Part shown: positions 19,177 to 30,500 of the stretch, in pieces
Layout: the number at the start of each line of letters is the position of its first letter
Numbering within the stretch: position 1 is the first letter of the stretch
DNA from: a virus
Virus genome (UHGV): UHGV-0179428
Length of the DNA stretch: 64,000 bases
Reading direction: 5' to 3' (one strand)
Notes under the pieces: generated by a model
What the model was told of the DNA's origin: nothing
The model's input: the letters and a program-made list of their open reading frames with translations, nothing else
Database searches by the model: none
Made by a program: the position numbers and the translations under genes

Positions 19177-19911
19177 TTACCTCATAAACAAATCTTCGAG
19201 CGGTTCGGCACGCACCGGGTCAACCTGTAGCGCAGAACGAATACCACGTTTAAGTTCTACGTCTGCAAGTTTCGCCAGTCTCGACGTTTTGTTAAGTGAA
19301 CCACTGCGCAATGGAATAAACTGCACAGGGTTGTTAAGATCGCTATCTTTCTTCAGCGTGTAACGGAAGAACGTTCTCGGATCACCTACTTTACGCTGTG
19401 TGTGCGCTGCGTAAACGTCAGCGGTAATCTGATCGGCAAATACAGTAAAACCGTTCCATTTCTTGACTTTATCAGGTGCCAAGAGTTCAGCATCATCCGC
19501 TGCAGTAAACCAGAAAGGACGATTACCAAAGTCGTAAATATACGACGCAATGTTGTAAATAGGGTGAGACAACACCTGTAAATTGCGGTTGGGGAAAACC
19601 ACTGTACCGGGATCAAAACGAAATTCGTAATAAGGAACACCAAAGACGTCGATCTCTTCAAACGCCGTTGGGGTAATCTCCATAAGCGTTGTAACGCTGG
19701 ACACCCCATATGTTTTACGGTCGGTAGAAATCGCAAAGATCCCTACAATTGTTACCGTAGAAGAAATAACCGCCAACTCTTTCGCCACAAACCCAACGGG
19801 GATGTAAATGTAACATCCCCCTTTGGTAGTGGTGACCGTGCCGTTATTTACCAAGTCCGCATGAACCTTAGTAGGGTCACGACGGGCTGTTTCAATCGCA
19901 CTCACGATCAC
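19177..19911 (-). CDS. hypothetical protein (244 aa)
   Basis: ORF only. Confidence 0.5.
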   Translation of the reverse strand: MIVSAIETARRDPTKVHADLVNNGTVTTTKGGCYIYIPVGFVAKELAVISSTVTIVGIFAISTDRKTYGVSSVTTLMEITPTAFEEIDVFGVPYYEFRFDPGTVVFPNRNLQVLSHPIYNIASYIYDFGNRPFWFTAADDAELLAPDKVKKWNGFTVFADQITADVYAAHTQRKVGDPRTFFRYTLKKDSDLNNPVQFIPLRSGSLNKTSRLAKLADVELKRGIRSALQVDPVRAEPLEDLFMR

Positions 19912-19923
19912 CTCCTAAGCGCG

Positions 19924-21384
19924 TTAAAGTTTATCGACAAATACTGAACCTGCAATCCAGTTCAGTACATAGTCAATCATCCAACTGGTTGCGGCTTCTG
20001 CCGGGTCGGTGTTCTCAATCATCGCGGTATGAATCGTACGCATCAGCGGATCAATTTCGTAGGCGCAGAATACGGAGTTACATGCAGTCCGGATGATAAA
20101 CAACGTAATGTCTTCGTCTGCGTTGACAAAGAAATCATCACAAATACCCATAACAACCTGCTTGACTTCTTCGCGAGTACGCGTCAGTTCGCCAACAGTC
20201 AGGTAGCCCTGGTCGAGTTGGTCGATTGCAATCGAGAACGCTGTTTTCAGCGCCTGACGGTTACGACTTACCCAGTCGAGTTCATTTCGTTTCTGAACGA
20301 TAATCGCACGACGATTGTAAGCTTCAACGTAGGCTTTCTGGTTTTCCAGCAGAGACGCGACTCGTGCGGAAACGTTATAGTCGCCTTCGTCCATCAGGTA
20401 AATGGCACCCAACAGGGCTTCAACGATACCGCCTTTTTCCAGGTAGTCATCCATCGTTTCCTGACAGATATAGACGTTTTTCTCGTTGGTATCGTAAGAG
20501 TAAACGATGTTACCTGTGGCGACACGGTTAGCCACCGCTTTTTCGAAACCGTATACCCATCCGATAGACGTGTAGTACGCACGACCCATTTCCGCTTTCC
20601 ATTTCAGGGCGTCAACACCTGAGTCAGGCCACGGACGTTCAATGAAGAACGAAGACAACAGCAGTACCAGAACACGTTCTTTTACCATCTCCGGTGCTTT
20701 ATCTGCAACAGGTACGGTGTAGTTACCTGCCAGCAGCAGTTTTGCTGCATCGTACATGCTGAGATTCAGGTCGTTCAGTAATTTACGTACCAGTTCATCA
20801 TACGCTTTTACACCTGTTTCCGGAATCTCGATGTCGGTCGGTACATCGAACTTGATCGGGTCGTAAGTCGTACCGTTACCCATCGGGTTGGCGATTTCTT
20901 GAATCAGTGCCTGGACAACTGGAGAATCTACACACGGGTCGATACCTACTGGAATCAGGTTCCAGTCTTCGACCAACGGTTTGACATCTTCAATCGTGTT
21001 ATTCTGGATAACCAACTGTACAAACGGTTGAACAACGTTACGGGCAAAGTCTAGCATCCCGTTACAACGCTGAATGGCCATGTTCTTCAGTTCGAATAGC
21101 GTGGTTTCGTGATCGTCAACACGCAGTGCTTCAACTTCAACAGCGCCGTCACGAATAATCGAAGCTTCCGCCGTACCGTCTACAGGACGTTTAAGCTGCG
21201 TAATCGCGGGCAGTTCCTGGAAGAACTGTTCGTCGGTGATTGTGGTATCGAAAACGCGGGTAGGGTCGACCGCACGGTTGAGCAAATCAACCGGAGAGTC
21301 AACATCTGTGCCAAGCTGAACATTATGCTGTTTGCACAGTTTCATGGCGTTAGTAACCGCATTCAGCGAGTATAAACTGATCAT
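19924..21384 (-). CDS. hypothetical protein, probable virion component (486 aa)
   Basis: Long ORF; ATGA overlap with upstream gene. Confidence 0.55.
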   Translation of the reverse strand: MISLYSLNAVTNAMKLCKQHNVQLGTDVDSPVDLLNRAVDPTRVFDTTITDEQFFQELPAITQLKRPVDGTAEASIIRDGAVEVEALRVDDHETTLFELKNMAIQRCNGMLDFARNVVQPFVQLVIQNNTIEDVKPLVEDWNLIPVGIDPCVDSPVVQALIQEIANPMGNGTTYDPIKFDVPTDIEIPETGVKAYDELVRKLLNDLNLSMYDAAKLLLAGNYTVPVADKAPEMVKERVLVLLLSSFFIERPWPDSGVDALKWKAEMGRAYYTSIGWVYGFEKAVANRVATGNIVYSYDTNEKNVYICQETMDDYLEKGGIVEALLGAIYLMDEGDYNVSARVASLLENQKAYVEAYNRRAIIVQKRNELDWVSRNRQALKTAFSIAIDQLDQGYLTVGELTRTREEVKQVVMGICDDFFVNADEDITLFIIRTACNSVFCAYEIDPLMRTIHTAMIENTDPAEAATSWMIDYVLNWIAGSVFVDKL

Positions 21385-21674
21385 TGTTTAACCTCTTTAT
21401 TCGTGCTGATGTTCGCCTGAAGCATCGCGTACAAACGCGCGCCCACCAGATCTGCGATATCACGTTTCAGCAGTTTCTGATCACCGATACGGTCAGACAT
21501 TCCTGAGTTACCGCGAATCAGACCATGCACAATCTCCGTTGCTAATTCGACAGTATTACCTAAAGACACGTAGTTGGTACGTTGAATGGGACTGTATCCC
21601 TCCACGTTTTGCTGGGTAATATTTTTCCCAGTCGGAATACCGTGCCGCTGTTTGATTTTATCTAGAATAGACAT
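21381..21674 (-). CDS. hypothetical protein (97 aa)
   Basis: GGAGAAGAGA RBS; translationally coupled to the next gene. Confidence 0.45.
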   Translation of the reverse strand: MSILDKIKQRHGIPTGKNITQQNVEGYSPIQRTNYVSLGNTVELATEIVHGLIRGNSGMSDRIGDQKLLKRDIADLVGARLYAMLQANISTNKEVKQ

Positions 21675-21695
21675 TCTCTTCTCCGGAGTTTACAA

Positions 21696-21714
21696 GGGTG
21701 GGAGCGACCCACCC
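21696..21714 (-). promoter_or_regulatory. Intergenic stem-loop abutting an RBS, no U-tract
   Basis: GGGTGGG-N5-CCCACCC between the 1388-aa gene stop and the RBS of gene 21381-21674. Confidence 0.4.
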
Positions 21715-21721
21715 CTCGAGA

Positions 21722-24700
21722 TTATTTAAGTGTCGCGGGTAAATCAGGCACAGCCTCCCCATCGAGTATACGCCCGATGAGAATCCCGGCTTGTTCACCT
21801 ACAGCATTCGCGGTACCGATACGTTGGATTGAACCTACGATACGCGCATCGACGGAATCACGACCGAACAACACGTCCAGGTCATCACCATCCTCTGTTT
21901 TGTTATCCCCGTACATGACTTCTTGTACGGTGGTTTTTAGCTGGTTAGCAATAACCATCTTATCCGCAGCGGCCATCTCAACGTCGTGTGTAATAAAGAA
22001 TCGAACACAAAGTGAGTTAAAGGCCAAGGGTACACCTTCGACACGGTAGTCGCCGTTTACACTGCCTGAAACCGGATCGCCCCGCCCGACTGCCAAAGCG
22101 GCTTTACGACGAATTCTGTCGTATTTACGCACCAGTTCAGCAAGGCTTGGTGTCATGTCTTCGGTTTCACCGTGATACACCACTTCGATTTTATCCACGA
22201 TACCACGTACCCCTGCACGAGGTGCGTACGAACTTAAACTTTGCAACGTTGCGGCTGCTTCCTGACTAAAGGCACTCATATCGCCTGTCAAGTCGTCAGT
22301 AAACGTGCATAGGATTGTATCGACGTCTACGTGGTCTCCCTCATTCACGATTTCCAAAAGCATCTGGTTGCTGTTAATCGTCACTTCTTTCAGCTTTGTT
22401 ACCTGCCCCACCATTTTCTTCGCGAACCGTTCAGAAATTGCGTTGGAGTCTTCGATAACTTCTTCAGCTTCTAATAAAGCAACGGTGGCCAGCACCCCGT
22501 TTTTCCAGGAAACTTGAGTAGGATCGTAAATATCAGGTTCAAAGTGTTGCTCGTTGTACGTAATCACTGCTCCGGCCGGGAGCTTGTCACCGGCTTTCCA
22601 GCGTGTTACCAAGGTGTGCGGATAGAAGGTACCTTCGTGGGGGCCGAACCAGCGCCCTAGAGGAAAGGCTTCTTTACTTCCATCTTCGTACGTAATTTCA
22701 ATGTGGTCTTTCGACAGACCAGTAATCTTACCTGCTTTATCAATAACGCGTGCATGTTTCACCGAAGTACGGTGAGCGACGAATTTCTCCTGTTCAGTAC
22801 GATACGGGGTTGTGGTTGCCCCATTACAACTGGTGGCAGAACCTAACTGAATCCCAACGAAGTTTTGACGTTTTGCATCGTCCATTAACGTATCGGGTAC
22901 TAACCCGTCAATAAACGAAAGAGTATCGCTTGGTTTCGGGGTTTTCTCTTCACGCTTAAACGTGGTACCGTCAACGGTGTCAAAACGTGGGTTATTGGTG
23001 ACGAAAGCAGTAATCCCTACGTCGCCGTTATCTACGGTGTTACCCGAGACTATCCCGATATCACTGGGTTGGAACTCACGCGTGTGGTAGACCATCGTTT
23101 TACGATTACGACCACCTGTACCCCCCATCGTAATAACGTCTTTTTCTTTAATTGACTGGATAGGGTTAGCACCAGGTGCCAAAAGTACCGACGGGTCGGA
23201 GTTAATTGCACCCCAAACCATATCTTGCGTCAGTTCGAACTTACGGTTACTGCCCGGTGCGTTATTGTAGTTACGCATCGCTCTGACCATCGCAGTATAG
23301 ATGTGGTAGGCAATCCTCTGATTTCCTAAGAACATCATTTCATCGCCGTTAATCTCTGGTAAAGAGTGGTCAGTTTGTAACAGTTCGTTAGAACGTTCCA
23401 GCAAGCCAATAAAGGTTTCCGGCTCACCCATTTTCCTGAGGATACGTGCGTGCATGTCGTCAACAAACGCGGACCGCATCTGTTTCAGCTCGTTGATGTA
23501 CCGTGGTGTTAGGCCATCTGCTTCACGTAATAAGTTCAGGTAAATGTCTTCGCGGTCTGCTTCTGATTCGGTATAAGCAACCAGGTGTTTGAGATAGCGA
23601 TCCAAACCATGCAGAATCATCTTCTGTTGATCGTTATCGCAAGTAACTAAAAGTTTACAGTCTTGTAGTCGAATAATACTGTCGTAGGCATTCTTATCAA
23701 CACGCTGTCCTGTAGGAACCAACTCGTACTGGATACCGAAATGTTTCAACATTCCCTGGAGTCCAAGATAGAACGAGAAGATAAAACCAAGCGACAAAGA
23801 TTTACCCATCAAAGACAGCTCGGTCATTTCGCGAGGCACTTTCTGGTTATTAAAGCCCAGTACCTCTGCGATAGTTCCCACCGGTTCAACTTTGTTTCCG
23901 TTCACACCGTAAAGCATGGATTTGTCATCCATTGCCAGGATTGTTTCACTACGCGGACGTTTCGCCACTGGTAAAAGTTTGGCAGCATCGGCGTCTCTGA
24001 GCTGCTCGTCGTTAAAGAAGTTAACGGCTTCTTTGTAGTCGAAGTTCCACATATAGCCATTCGCATTAAAGCTGGCAATACGGCGTGCAATCTCCGTATA
24101 CTGGCGCGGCAGATGTTGCGTAGGATCGAACACATTTGCTAAACGTGCATCGGTGACTTCGGTGTTTGTCGGATCAACAGCACGTGTGATAATCGCGTTG
24201 GTTAACCAACGACCGTAATCGTTCGCGACCTTATCACTACGACGGACAAAGTTTTTACCGTAAGCGGTAGTCAGCGCGACTGTATCCGGTGCAACTTTAC
24301 GGATCGGTAAGTCCACACGTTGACGACGCATGGTGTATTCGACGCCGTTAGCTACCCAAGTGCCATCCTCGGTCAAACCCGGGATAGAGAAGCGAACGGT
24401 TGTTGGCTCACCACCGACCGGCTGAACACGTAAAGTGTGGTGTTCGATAGTCCCTGTAACAGAAACTTCTTTTTCCACTGTGTGGTTGTGAACTGCCAGA
24501 CCCAAACGTTGTGAACTGGCGACAGCTGCCAGCACGTCCTTGGTCATCATGGTCTGGTTGTACTGTTTCACCATCTGGTCAGTGACGTTCTCGGCCCATC
24601 CTTCGTCGGTAACAAGCCGCTGAACTTTTTTCGGTTCAGCTTTAACGACGATATCCTTCTCGTGAACAGTAAGCGCTTCCCCGTAGGTTTCTTTCGGGTT

Positions 24701-25888
24701 ATACGGGTTAGGCAGCTGAACGAAACGTTTAGACGATTCTGACAGGAACTGATATGCTTTAGAACTTAAGCGGCCCGCTTCAGCTAAGCGTTGTGCTTCC
24801 TGTTTAATAATTTCGTCGTGCGGAATGACTTTCTCGACAACAATTGTCGTCGGTTTGACGTCTTCCTTCGGTTCTTCAATAACAACGTCTTCTTTTTCAT
24901 CGAAGGTGTTATCGGATTCCACCACAGCGTCATTAACAACGTCGTCATCATCGACAACATCGACAGTTTCTTCTTCGACGTCTTTAAGGAAAACACGTTC
25001 GTCGCCTTCAGGTGTTAGGAATTCTGCTTCATACGCGTTAGACGGTGCTTGCGTCATTACACGCACCAGCGTACGGTAGAACATCCTGGCCATTTGGTCG
25101 TCACTTAAACGGCCGCCGGACGATTTACGCATTTTCTCTACAACACCCATGTTCATGGACGTAAAGCCCGTGTTGTGGGTGAAGATAAAGTTCATTCGTG
25201 ACAGCTGAGTTAAATCCATCCCCGAGAATAAGGAATCGGATTGTTTTCCATAAGCCCAAGCAAACAACTCCAATAGCCACAGCAAGTTGAAGTCCTGGAA
25301 CTTCTCAATCTTGCTCTTAACGCGGTCGTTATAGGTTGTTTGAAACTTCTGGAACGAAGGTAGAGTCGAACCCAGTTCAATAACGAAATAGTTCTGACGC
25401 ATGTATTCTTGCGTGTCGTATTTGAACTGGTTAATCATCAACAGTTGGATGTTACGCAATCTATCGTACCAGGCTAACTGGGTGTCAGGATAGTAGTAGT
25501 GCGATAGCATCGGCGTGTAGTTCTCGACCAGGAGAACTTTTAAGTCTTTACGAACCAGATCGTCTGAGGTAAGACGACGCATCGGGCGGTTTGCACGGTG
25601 GTAGGCAAAGATAGCACGTTCTTGTCCCTGGACAGGTTTGTTACGCGGATGACCGCTAATACCGTCTTCCGGTAATTTAAAGTGGTGACGAACCTGCGCA
25701 GGTTTTTCTAACGGTTGAATAATCTCGAGTGTTGCAGGCGGCGCTAACACCACCTGGTCGAGATCAATGACATGGAGTACAGAACCACGTGGTATCTGTA
25801 GCTTCTCGAGCGGGATAATCCTCGGATTACCAAACTCGTCAGTTTTACGCACCGAGAAGCGTTGGTTAAACTGTTTAATGAGCAGCAT
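21722..25888 (-). CDS. large protein (1388 aa); candidate RNAP subunit partner or virion protein
   Basis: Adjacent to and co-oriented with the beta-prime-like gene; acidic low-complexity stretch; no RNAP beta motif confirmed by eye. Confidence 0.5.
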   Translation of the reverse strand: MLLIKQFNQRFSVRKTDEFGNPRIIPLEKLQIPRGSVLHVIDLDQVVLAPPATLEIIQPLEKPAQVRHHFKLPEDGISGHPRNKPVQGQERAIFAYHRANRPMRRLTSDDLVRKDLKVLLVENYTPMLSHYYYPDTQLAWYDRLRNIQLLMINQFKYDTQEYMRQNYFVIELGSTLPSFQKFQTTYNDRVKSKIEKFQDFNLLWLLELFAWAYGKQSDSLFSGMDLTQLSRMNFIFTHNTGFTSMNMGVVEKMRKSSGGRLSDDQMARMFYRTLVRVMTQAPSNAYEAEFLTPEGDERVFLKDVEEETVDVVDDDDVVNDAVVESDNTFDEKEDVVIEEPKEDVKPTTIVVEKVIPHDEIIKQEAQRLAEAGRLSSKAYQFLSESSKRFVQLPNPYNPKETYGEALTVHEKDIVVKAEPKKVQRLVTDEGWAENVTDQMVKQYNQTMMTKDVLAAVASSQRLGLAVHNHTVEKEVSVTGTIEHHTLRVQPVGGEPTTVRFSIPGLTEDGTWVANGVEYTMRRQRVDLPIRKVAPDTVALTTAYGKNFVRRSDKVANDYGRWLTNAIITRAVDPTNTEVTDARLANVFDPTQHLPRQYTEIARRIASFNANGYMWNFDYKEAVNFFNDEQLRDADAAKLLPVAKRPRSETILAMDDKSMLYGVNGNKVEPVGTIAEVLGFNNQKVPREMTELSLMGKSLSLGFIFSFYLGLQGMLKHFGIQYELVPTGQRVDKNAYDSIIRLQDCKLLVTCDNDQQKMILHGLDRYLKHLVAYTESEADREDIYLNLLREADGLTPRYINELKQMRSAFVDDMHARILRKMGEPETFIGLLERSNELLQTDHSLPEINGDEMMFLGNQRIAYHIYTAMVRAMRNYNNAPGSNRKFELTQDMVWGAINSDPSVLLAPGANPIQSIKEKDVITMGGTGGRNRKTMVYHTREFQPSDIGIVSGNTVDNGDVGITAFVTNNPRFDTVDGTTFKREEKTPKPSDTLSFIDGLVPDTLMDDAKRQNFVGIQLGSATSCNGATTTPYRTEQEKFVAHRTSVKHARVIDKAGKITGLSKDHIEITYEDGSKEAFPLGRWFGPHEGTFYPHTLVTRWKAGDKLPAGAVITYNEQHFEPDIYDPTQVSWKNGVLATVALLEAEEVIEDSNAISERFAKKMVGQVTKLKEVTINSNQMLLEIVNEGDHVDVDTILCTFTDDLTGDMSAFSQEAAATLQSLSSYAPRAGVRGIVDKIEVVYHGETEDMTPSLAELVRKYDRIRRKAALAVGRGDPVSGSVNGDYRVEGVPLAFNSLCVRFFITHDVEMAAADKMVIANQLKTTVQEVMYGDNKTEDGDDLDVLFGRDSVDARIVGSIQRIGTANAVGEQAGILIGRILDGEAVPDLPATLK

Positions 25889-25897
25889 TGCTTAGCC

Positions 25898-27517
25898 TTA
25901 TGGGTTCTTTAATAACGCTTGCGTTGCACGTTTAATCACGTTGTTGATAGGATTGATTTTAAAGTTCCCATCAGAATCGAACCAGTAGTTTTTCGAGTGT
26001 ATCCAATTCCGGTTTTCCTCGAGCGCTTCCTGGGACATAGGCGCGTTAAACGACCCGGTATCGCCGTCGTAGTCACCCCCTAACCCACCTAGGCGTGAGG
26101 GGTGTGGTGCCATCGACTCAACGAAGGTAGGAACCGACCGGTCAGGGTAGCTGATAGCCCCTCGGGGTTTTTCAGTTTCCCAGTCATCTTCCAGTTCTTT
26201 TAAGTATAAAGATGACGTGGTGGTCTCCAATCTTATGGTCGATGAATACGTCGAGCCTCGGCCTGTAACGGGATAACGTGTAACGAAACCGAAATAATCG
26301 TTCCAAAGTTCGTAGCCCGACAAATAAAGCAATTCGACGAGTGTCATACCGTGGACGAACTTTCGGTCAAACGTTTTAGGAAGTTCTTCAATATCGTAGA
26401 ACACCTTAAAATGTTTGGTGTCTTGGTAAACCAACGCAATGTAGTGGGTGTCGTCCAACATAATCGGCTGATGGCGAAGCTCGCGAGCTTCCATTCGGTT
26501 GATTAAGGATTCAATCCCATCGTCGGTGGTAAAGGTGTCGTATACACGACCACCTACTTCCAAGAATTCACGTTTAAGGGTTTTGGTGTTTACGCCGTAA
26601 AGGTTGCCATCACCAGCACGGATGTTACCGAGGTAACGTTCACGTATTTGGTACTGCGCAACAGGGAGTAATGCTTTTAAACCCTGGTATAAACCAATTT
26701 TGGTGTCGGTAGGACGAATAGCGTCTTCACGACCCATGCATTTAGACCCCGTCGAGAACGAGGACAATACGTTACGTGTCCCGTTCATTAATTTACGAGA
26801 CGTCACTTTACGACGTTGGAAACCCCCTTTACCGTCCTGGATGTTAAAGAAATACATCCAGATATCATTGAAGGTTTGTTGAAGTTTCCAGCGTACGGGG
26901 TTAGTTAATTCGACACGGGTTGCTCGGTCAGGGATTGCCCTGGCGAGAGATACCAACCGACGATACATCCCACCGATTTCTTCTTCCTGTTCTCTACCAT
27001 CTTGTCGAATTACTAAATCGCGTAAACCCGCGGGTAACACGAGAACGTATCGACTAAGACTAACGGGACGGAATTTCAAAAAGAAATCCACAGTTTCGTC
27101 ACGTTGTAGGGACTCGTTACGCTTAGGTTTTAAATCGTTATAGTGACTGAGGAAGAAGTTAAAACCGGTGTCTGCGCCTGGGTCTCCCGGCAAGGCCGGT
27201 TCGAAATCTTTTTCTTTTTCGCTCCACGTTGCGTAGCGTTTTCCAGAACAAATTTCTTCGTAGAGTTGTTTGAGTTGGAATAACGCCAAACACACCGTCG
27301 GCGAAATGATATCGAGTTTAATATCGATATAAGAGAAAGTAGAGTCTCGCGCTTCACTCCCCGTGAGTCCAAATATCTCTGTAGAGTAAAGACCTTCGGG
27401 GTGAAAGTTTTTTGTTAACCCCTGGAAAGTATCCGTGGTCGTGACGGGTCGTAATCGCGACACAAGAGACTTGTTTACATTGAGCAGATAAAAGTCAACC
27501 CAATTAAGTTTATTCAC
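25898..27517 (-). CDS. multisubunit RNA polymerase beta-prime-like fragment (N-terminal part)
   Basis: GGDYDGDTGSFNAPMS parallels the catalytic NADFDGDQMAVHVPLS of beta-prime; motif encoded at 26060-26074; the protein ends ~60 aa after the motif, so it is a split subunit. Confidence 0.6.
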   Translation of the reverse strand: MNKLNWVDFYLLNVNKSLVSRLRPVTTTDTFQGLTKNFHPEGLYSTEIFGLTGSEARDSTFSYIDIKLDIISPTVCLALFQLKQLYEEICSGKRYATWSEKEKDFEPALPGDPGADTGFNFFLSHYNDLKPKRNESLQRDETVDFFLKFRPVSLSRYVLVLPAGLRDLVIRQDGREQEEEIGGMYRRLVSLARAIPDRATRVELTNPVRWKLQQTFNDIWMYFFNIQDGKGGFQRRKVTSRKLMNGTRNVLSSFSTGSKCMGREDAIRPTDTKIGLYQGLKALLPVAQYQIRERYLGNIRAGDGNLYGVNTKTLKREFLEVGGRVYDTFTTDDGIESLINRMEARELRHQPIMLDDTHYIALVYQDTKHFKVFYDIEELPKTFDRKFVHGMTLVELLYLSGYELWNDYFGFVTRYPVTGRGSTYSSTIRLETTTSSLYLKELEDDWETEKPRGAISYPDRSVPTFVESMAPHPSRLGGLGGDYDGDTGSFNAPMSQEALEENRNWIHSKNYWFDSDGNFKINPINNVIKRATQALLKNP

Positions 27518-27546
27518 GCTAAATCTCCTGATACGGATTAAACGTT

Positions 27547-30500
27547 ATGGCTAAAAAAGGTAAAGATGATTTCGATGAAATCGATCTTGATAACATGGAC
27601 GACTGGGACGATTTTGATGAGCCCCCTCGTCAACAAGACCAATCGCGTAACCCGGTCATGGACACATTTCGTGCTGCCCGTAAGTCGGCGTTGTCGACTA
27701 TCTGGCCCGAAAACAAACGTGATCAGGTTATTTTAAAAGGGATGCCTAAACCTGCGGCAGAAGCCTACGAAGGCTATCAAAACGTTAAAGCTGCAGGTCA
27801 AGACATTCTGGCCCATACGAAAGACGAGATTGAAAAGACGTCTCGCGTCGTTAAGATGCAAGCGAGACAGTTAGGCCCAACACTGAAACGGTATTTACCG
27901 GAATCCGTAACACGGAAAATCGACAAGTGGGCACGTAACGATCAAATCGACTATGGGAATTACGATCCTAAACAAGCGATGATGGATCGTGAGCTGGACA
28001 GCGTGTTCTCAGGCGCACCGCAAACAGCGGACCAGCAACGTGAAACGCAAGAAGGGATGGTTGAAGACCGCCTGCGTGACACGATTAAGGACATGAAGTC
28101 CGACGCACTGTTCCAGACCGTAATCGGTATTGCAAAAGACGTCAACTTAACGACTAGCTTAAGTCGCGGTGTGTTGTTGAATGTTCAGCGTAAGCAGTTA
28201 GAGCTGCAATATCGGACATTGTTTGCTTTGCAGGATATTGCGAAACTCAAACAAGACGAGTTTGCACGCAACACCCCGGCATTAGAAGCTATCGTTAAGA
28301 ACACGGCACTACCCGACTACGCGAAGGAAGAGTTTTCTGAAATTCGTTGGGCTAATGTAAAACGTAAAGCTGCGGAGTGGATGAACCCCTTACACTACGC
28401 AGATAATTTCATTGGTCAGATTCGCGAAAACGCGAAGAAGAAAATCTCGAACATCTTTAGTGATGGTCGTGGGATTCTAGAACAAGTTCTAGGGATGGCT
28501 CAGGAAGATGACTTTGACATGTCGGACAGCTCATCGTTGTCTCCTGACCGTCGTAACACAAACTCGCGCAATAAAGCGGCAGGTTTTGCAGGTGGTTGGT
28601 TAGCAAAACGTCTCCTACAACCACAGATCGAGCGTCTTCAGAACTGGACCCGTGGCGAGTTGGAGAAAAATCCAGAAGTCATGAAACGCCTTCAGTTGGC
28701 GAAGTATGGTTTTGGAAATTTGTCGTCCATTTCTAACTCAGCAATAGCAGGAGAAACAAGCGGTCCGTTAGCTGATCTGTTTCGACTAATGCACGAATTG
28801 GGATTGGTTAACCCGCTACGTCGCGAAACGTTAGCATTAGACGATCGTTCTGCGGAATCTCTTTCTGCGGCGGCGAAATTCGATCGTAAAGCTTACCTCA
28901 GCATCACTGAAGTTATTCCGACGTTATTGTCCGAGATTAACAAATCTATTCGTCGTGGATATGGTGAACACCACGATCAGGTTTATGACCTGACCACACG
29001 CGGTATGGTGGATCGAAAAGTTATTGGCAATCGTGTACGTAAGGCAGTTGCTAATGACGATCAGCGTAAACGTTTACAGACTTACATCAACGACACTGTC
29101 GACTTTATCGATAAAGATAAAACGCTCGATAGGAAAACACGTCAAGCGTTAGCGGACTACATCGAATCTCGTGCCTCAGAAGGGAAAGCGTTCGATGTAG
29201 GGTCTTTATTGAAAGACCCGATGCACATGTATCGTTACATGAACGCAAACGCTGTGGAAGCGATTCAAGGTGTTTTAGAAGCCCGTTCTGCGGAACTGGT
29301 TGGTGGACACCATGAACTGAGTAATGCGATTTCAAACAAAATCGCCGCTATCCAGTCAACGATTCGTGCACGTCAAGACACGGTTGATGCTGCGTCTGTG
29401 ATTTACGGCGAGAACGCACTTCGTGATTCCGGTATTTTTAAATACGATGCGAAGAATGACATTTTCGAAGTCGATAAGGACATTAACGATCCCTATACGT
29501 TATTTAATGACCTGTCGATGGGTAAGACCCGCTCTGGACGTTCGTTAACACGTGAGCAAGAGATTCAGCGTAAATTGCAAAACGGTTCTGCGCTGGGTGA
29601 TTACTTGCGTCGGATGGGTGCAGGCGCAGAGCCGAGCTTTGAAGACAAAGAACTGTCCAATGTGCGTGGCGGTGGAAAAGGTGGCCGTGGTCGCGGTTTA
29701 AGCGCACGCCAACTCGCTGCGGTACTTTATGGAGAGAAATCCACTAACTTTGTTGAACTATTAAGCAGTCGTCCAGACACGAACGCCGGGTTGGAACAGC
29801 AATTCGACCGTTTGATTGATGCTGTACGTAAACAGCCTGAGTCTAGCACAGTGCAAGATATCCTCAAACACGTTAAGAACATGGATGAGGAAGGTATTCT
29901 CCTAGCCAGTTTAGGCGGTAGTCGTGATGACGGTAACGAAACTGAAAGTTCGAGTGACTCGGGTCGTAAACGTCGTCGTAAACGCAAACGTATTGTGCTA
30001 GGCGAGACAGGCTTGTTACGCCGTTGGGCTGGAGTGCTTTGGGATACCGGTTCAGGTGTAGGGCGTTTTGGTAAGAATCTGTTCCTACGTGGGAAAGATC
30101 GTCTGCAGGCTTTAGGTGGTTTTATCCGTGGGAAATTCTCAGGCGGCTCCTCCGAAGGACCCGGTGTATTTAGCCGACTGAAAGGGTTAGTAACAGGTAC
30201 TCTATCGACAGGTTGGAATTCTGCTGTAGCTTTCGGTAAAGGCGTTTTAGGTGTTCGTGATATTTACGATGAACGTGGCAACGTCGTATTACAAGGAAGT
30301 CGTTTAGAAGCTGGGGAATATTACCAGGCTGACCCGAAAACTGAGAAGCTGATTCAACTTAAAACCCTCGACGACATCAAACTGGGACGTGATATTGTCG
30401 ATGAAGCGGGTAATTTAATCTTAGCTGCTGCTGATTTGGCTGCCGCAGGTAAACTGCGCTTCTACAAAGGTGGTAAAGTTCAAGCGCTTTTCCAGTACAT

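Noticed and set aside
20029-20622. 197-aa plus-strand ORF
   Set aside because: Antisense shadow within the 486-aa minus-strand gene; low-complexity composition.
21722-25888. Assignment of the 1388-aa protein as an RNAP beta or beta-prime C-terminal subunit
   Set aside because: No GEME-type beta motif, bridge helix or trigger loop signature was recognisable by eye; adjacency to the DYDGD fragment is suggestive but insufficient.
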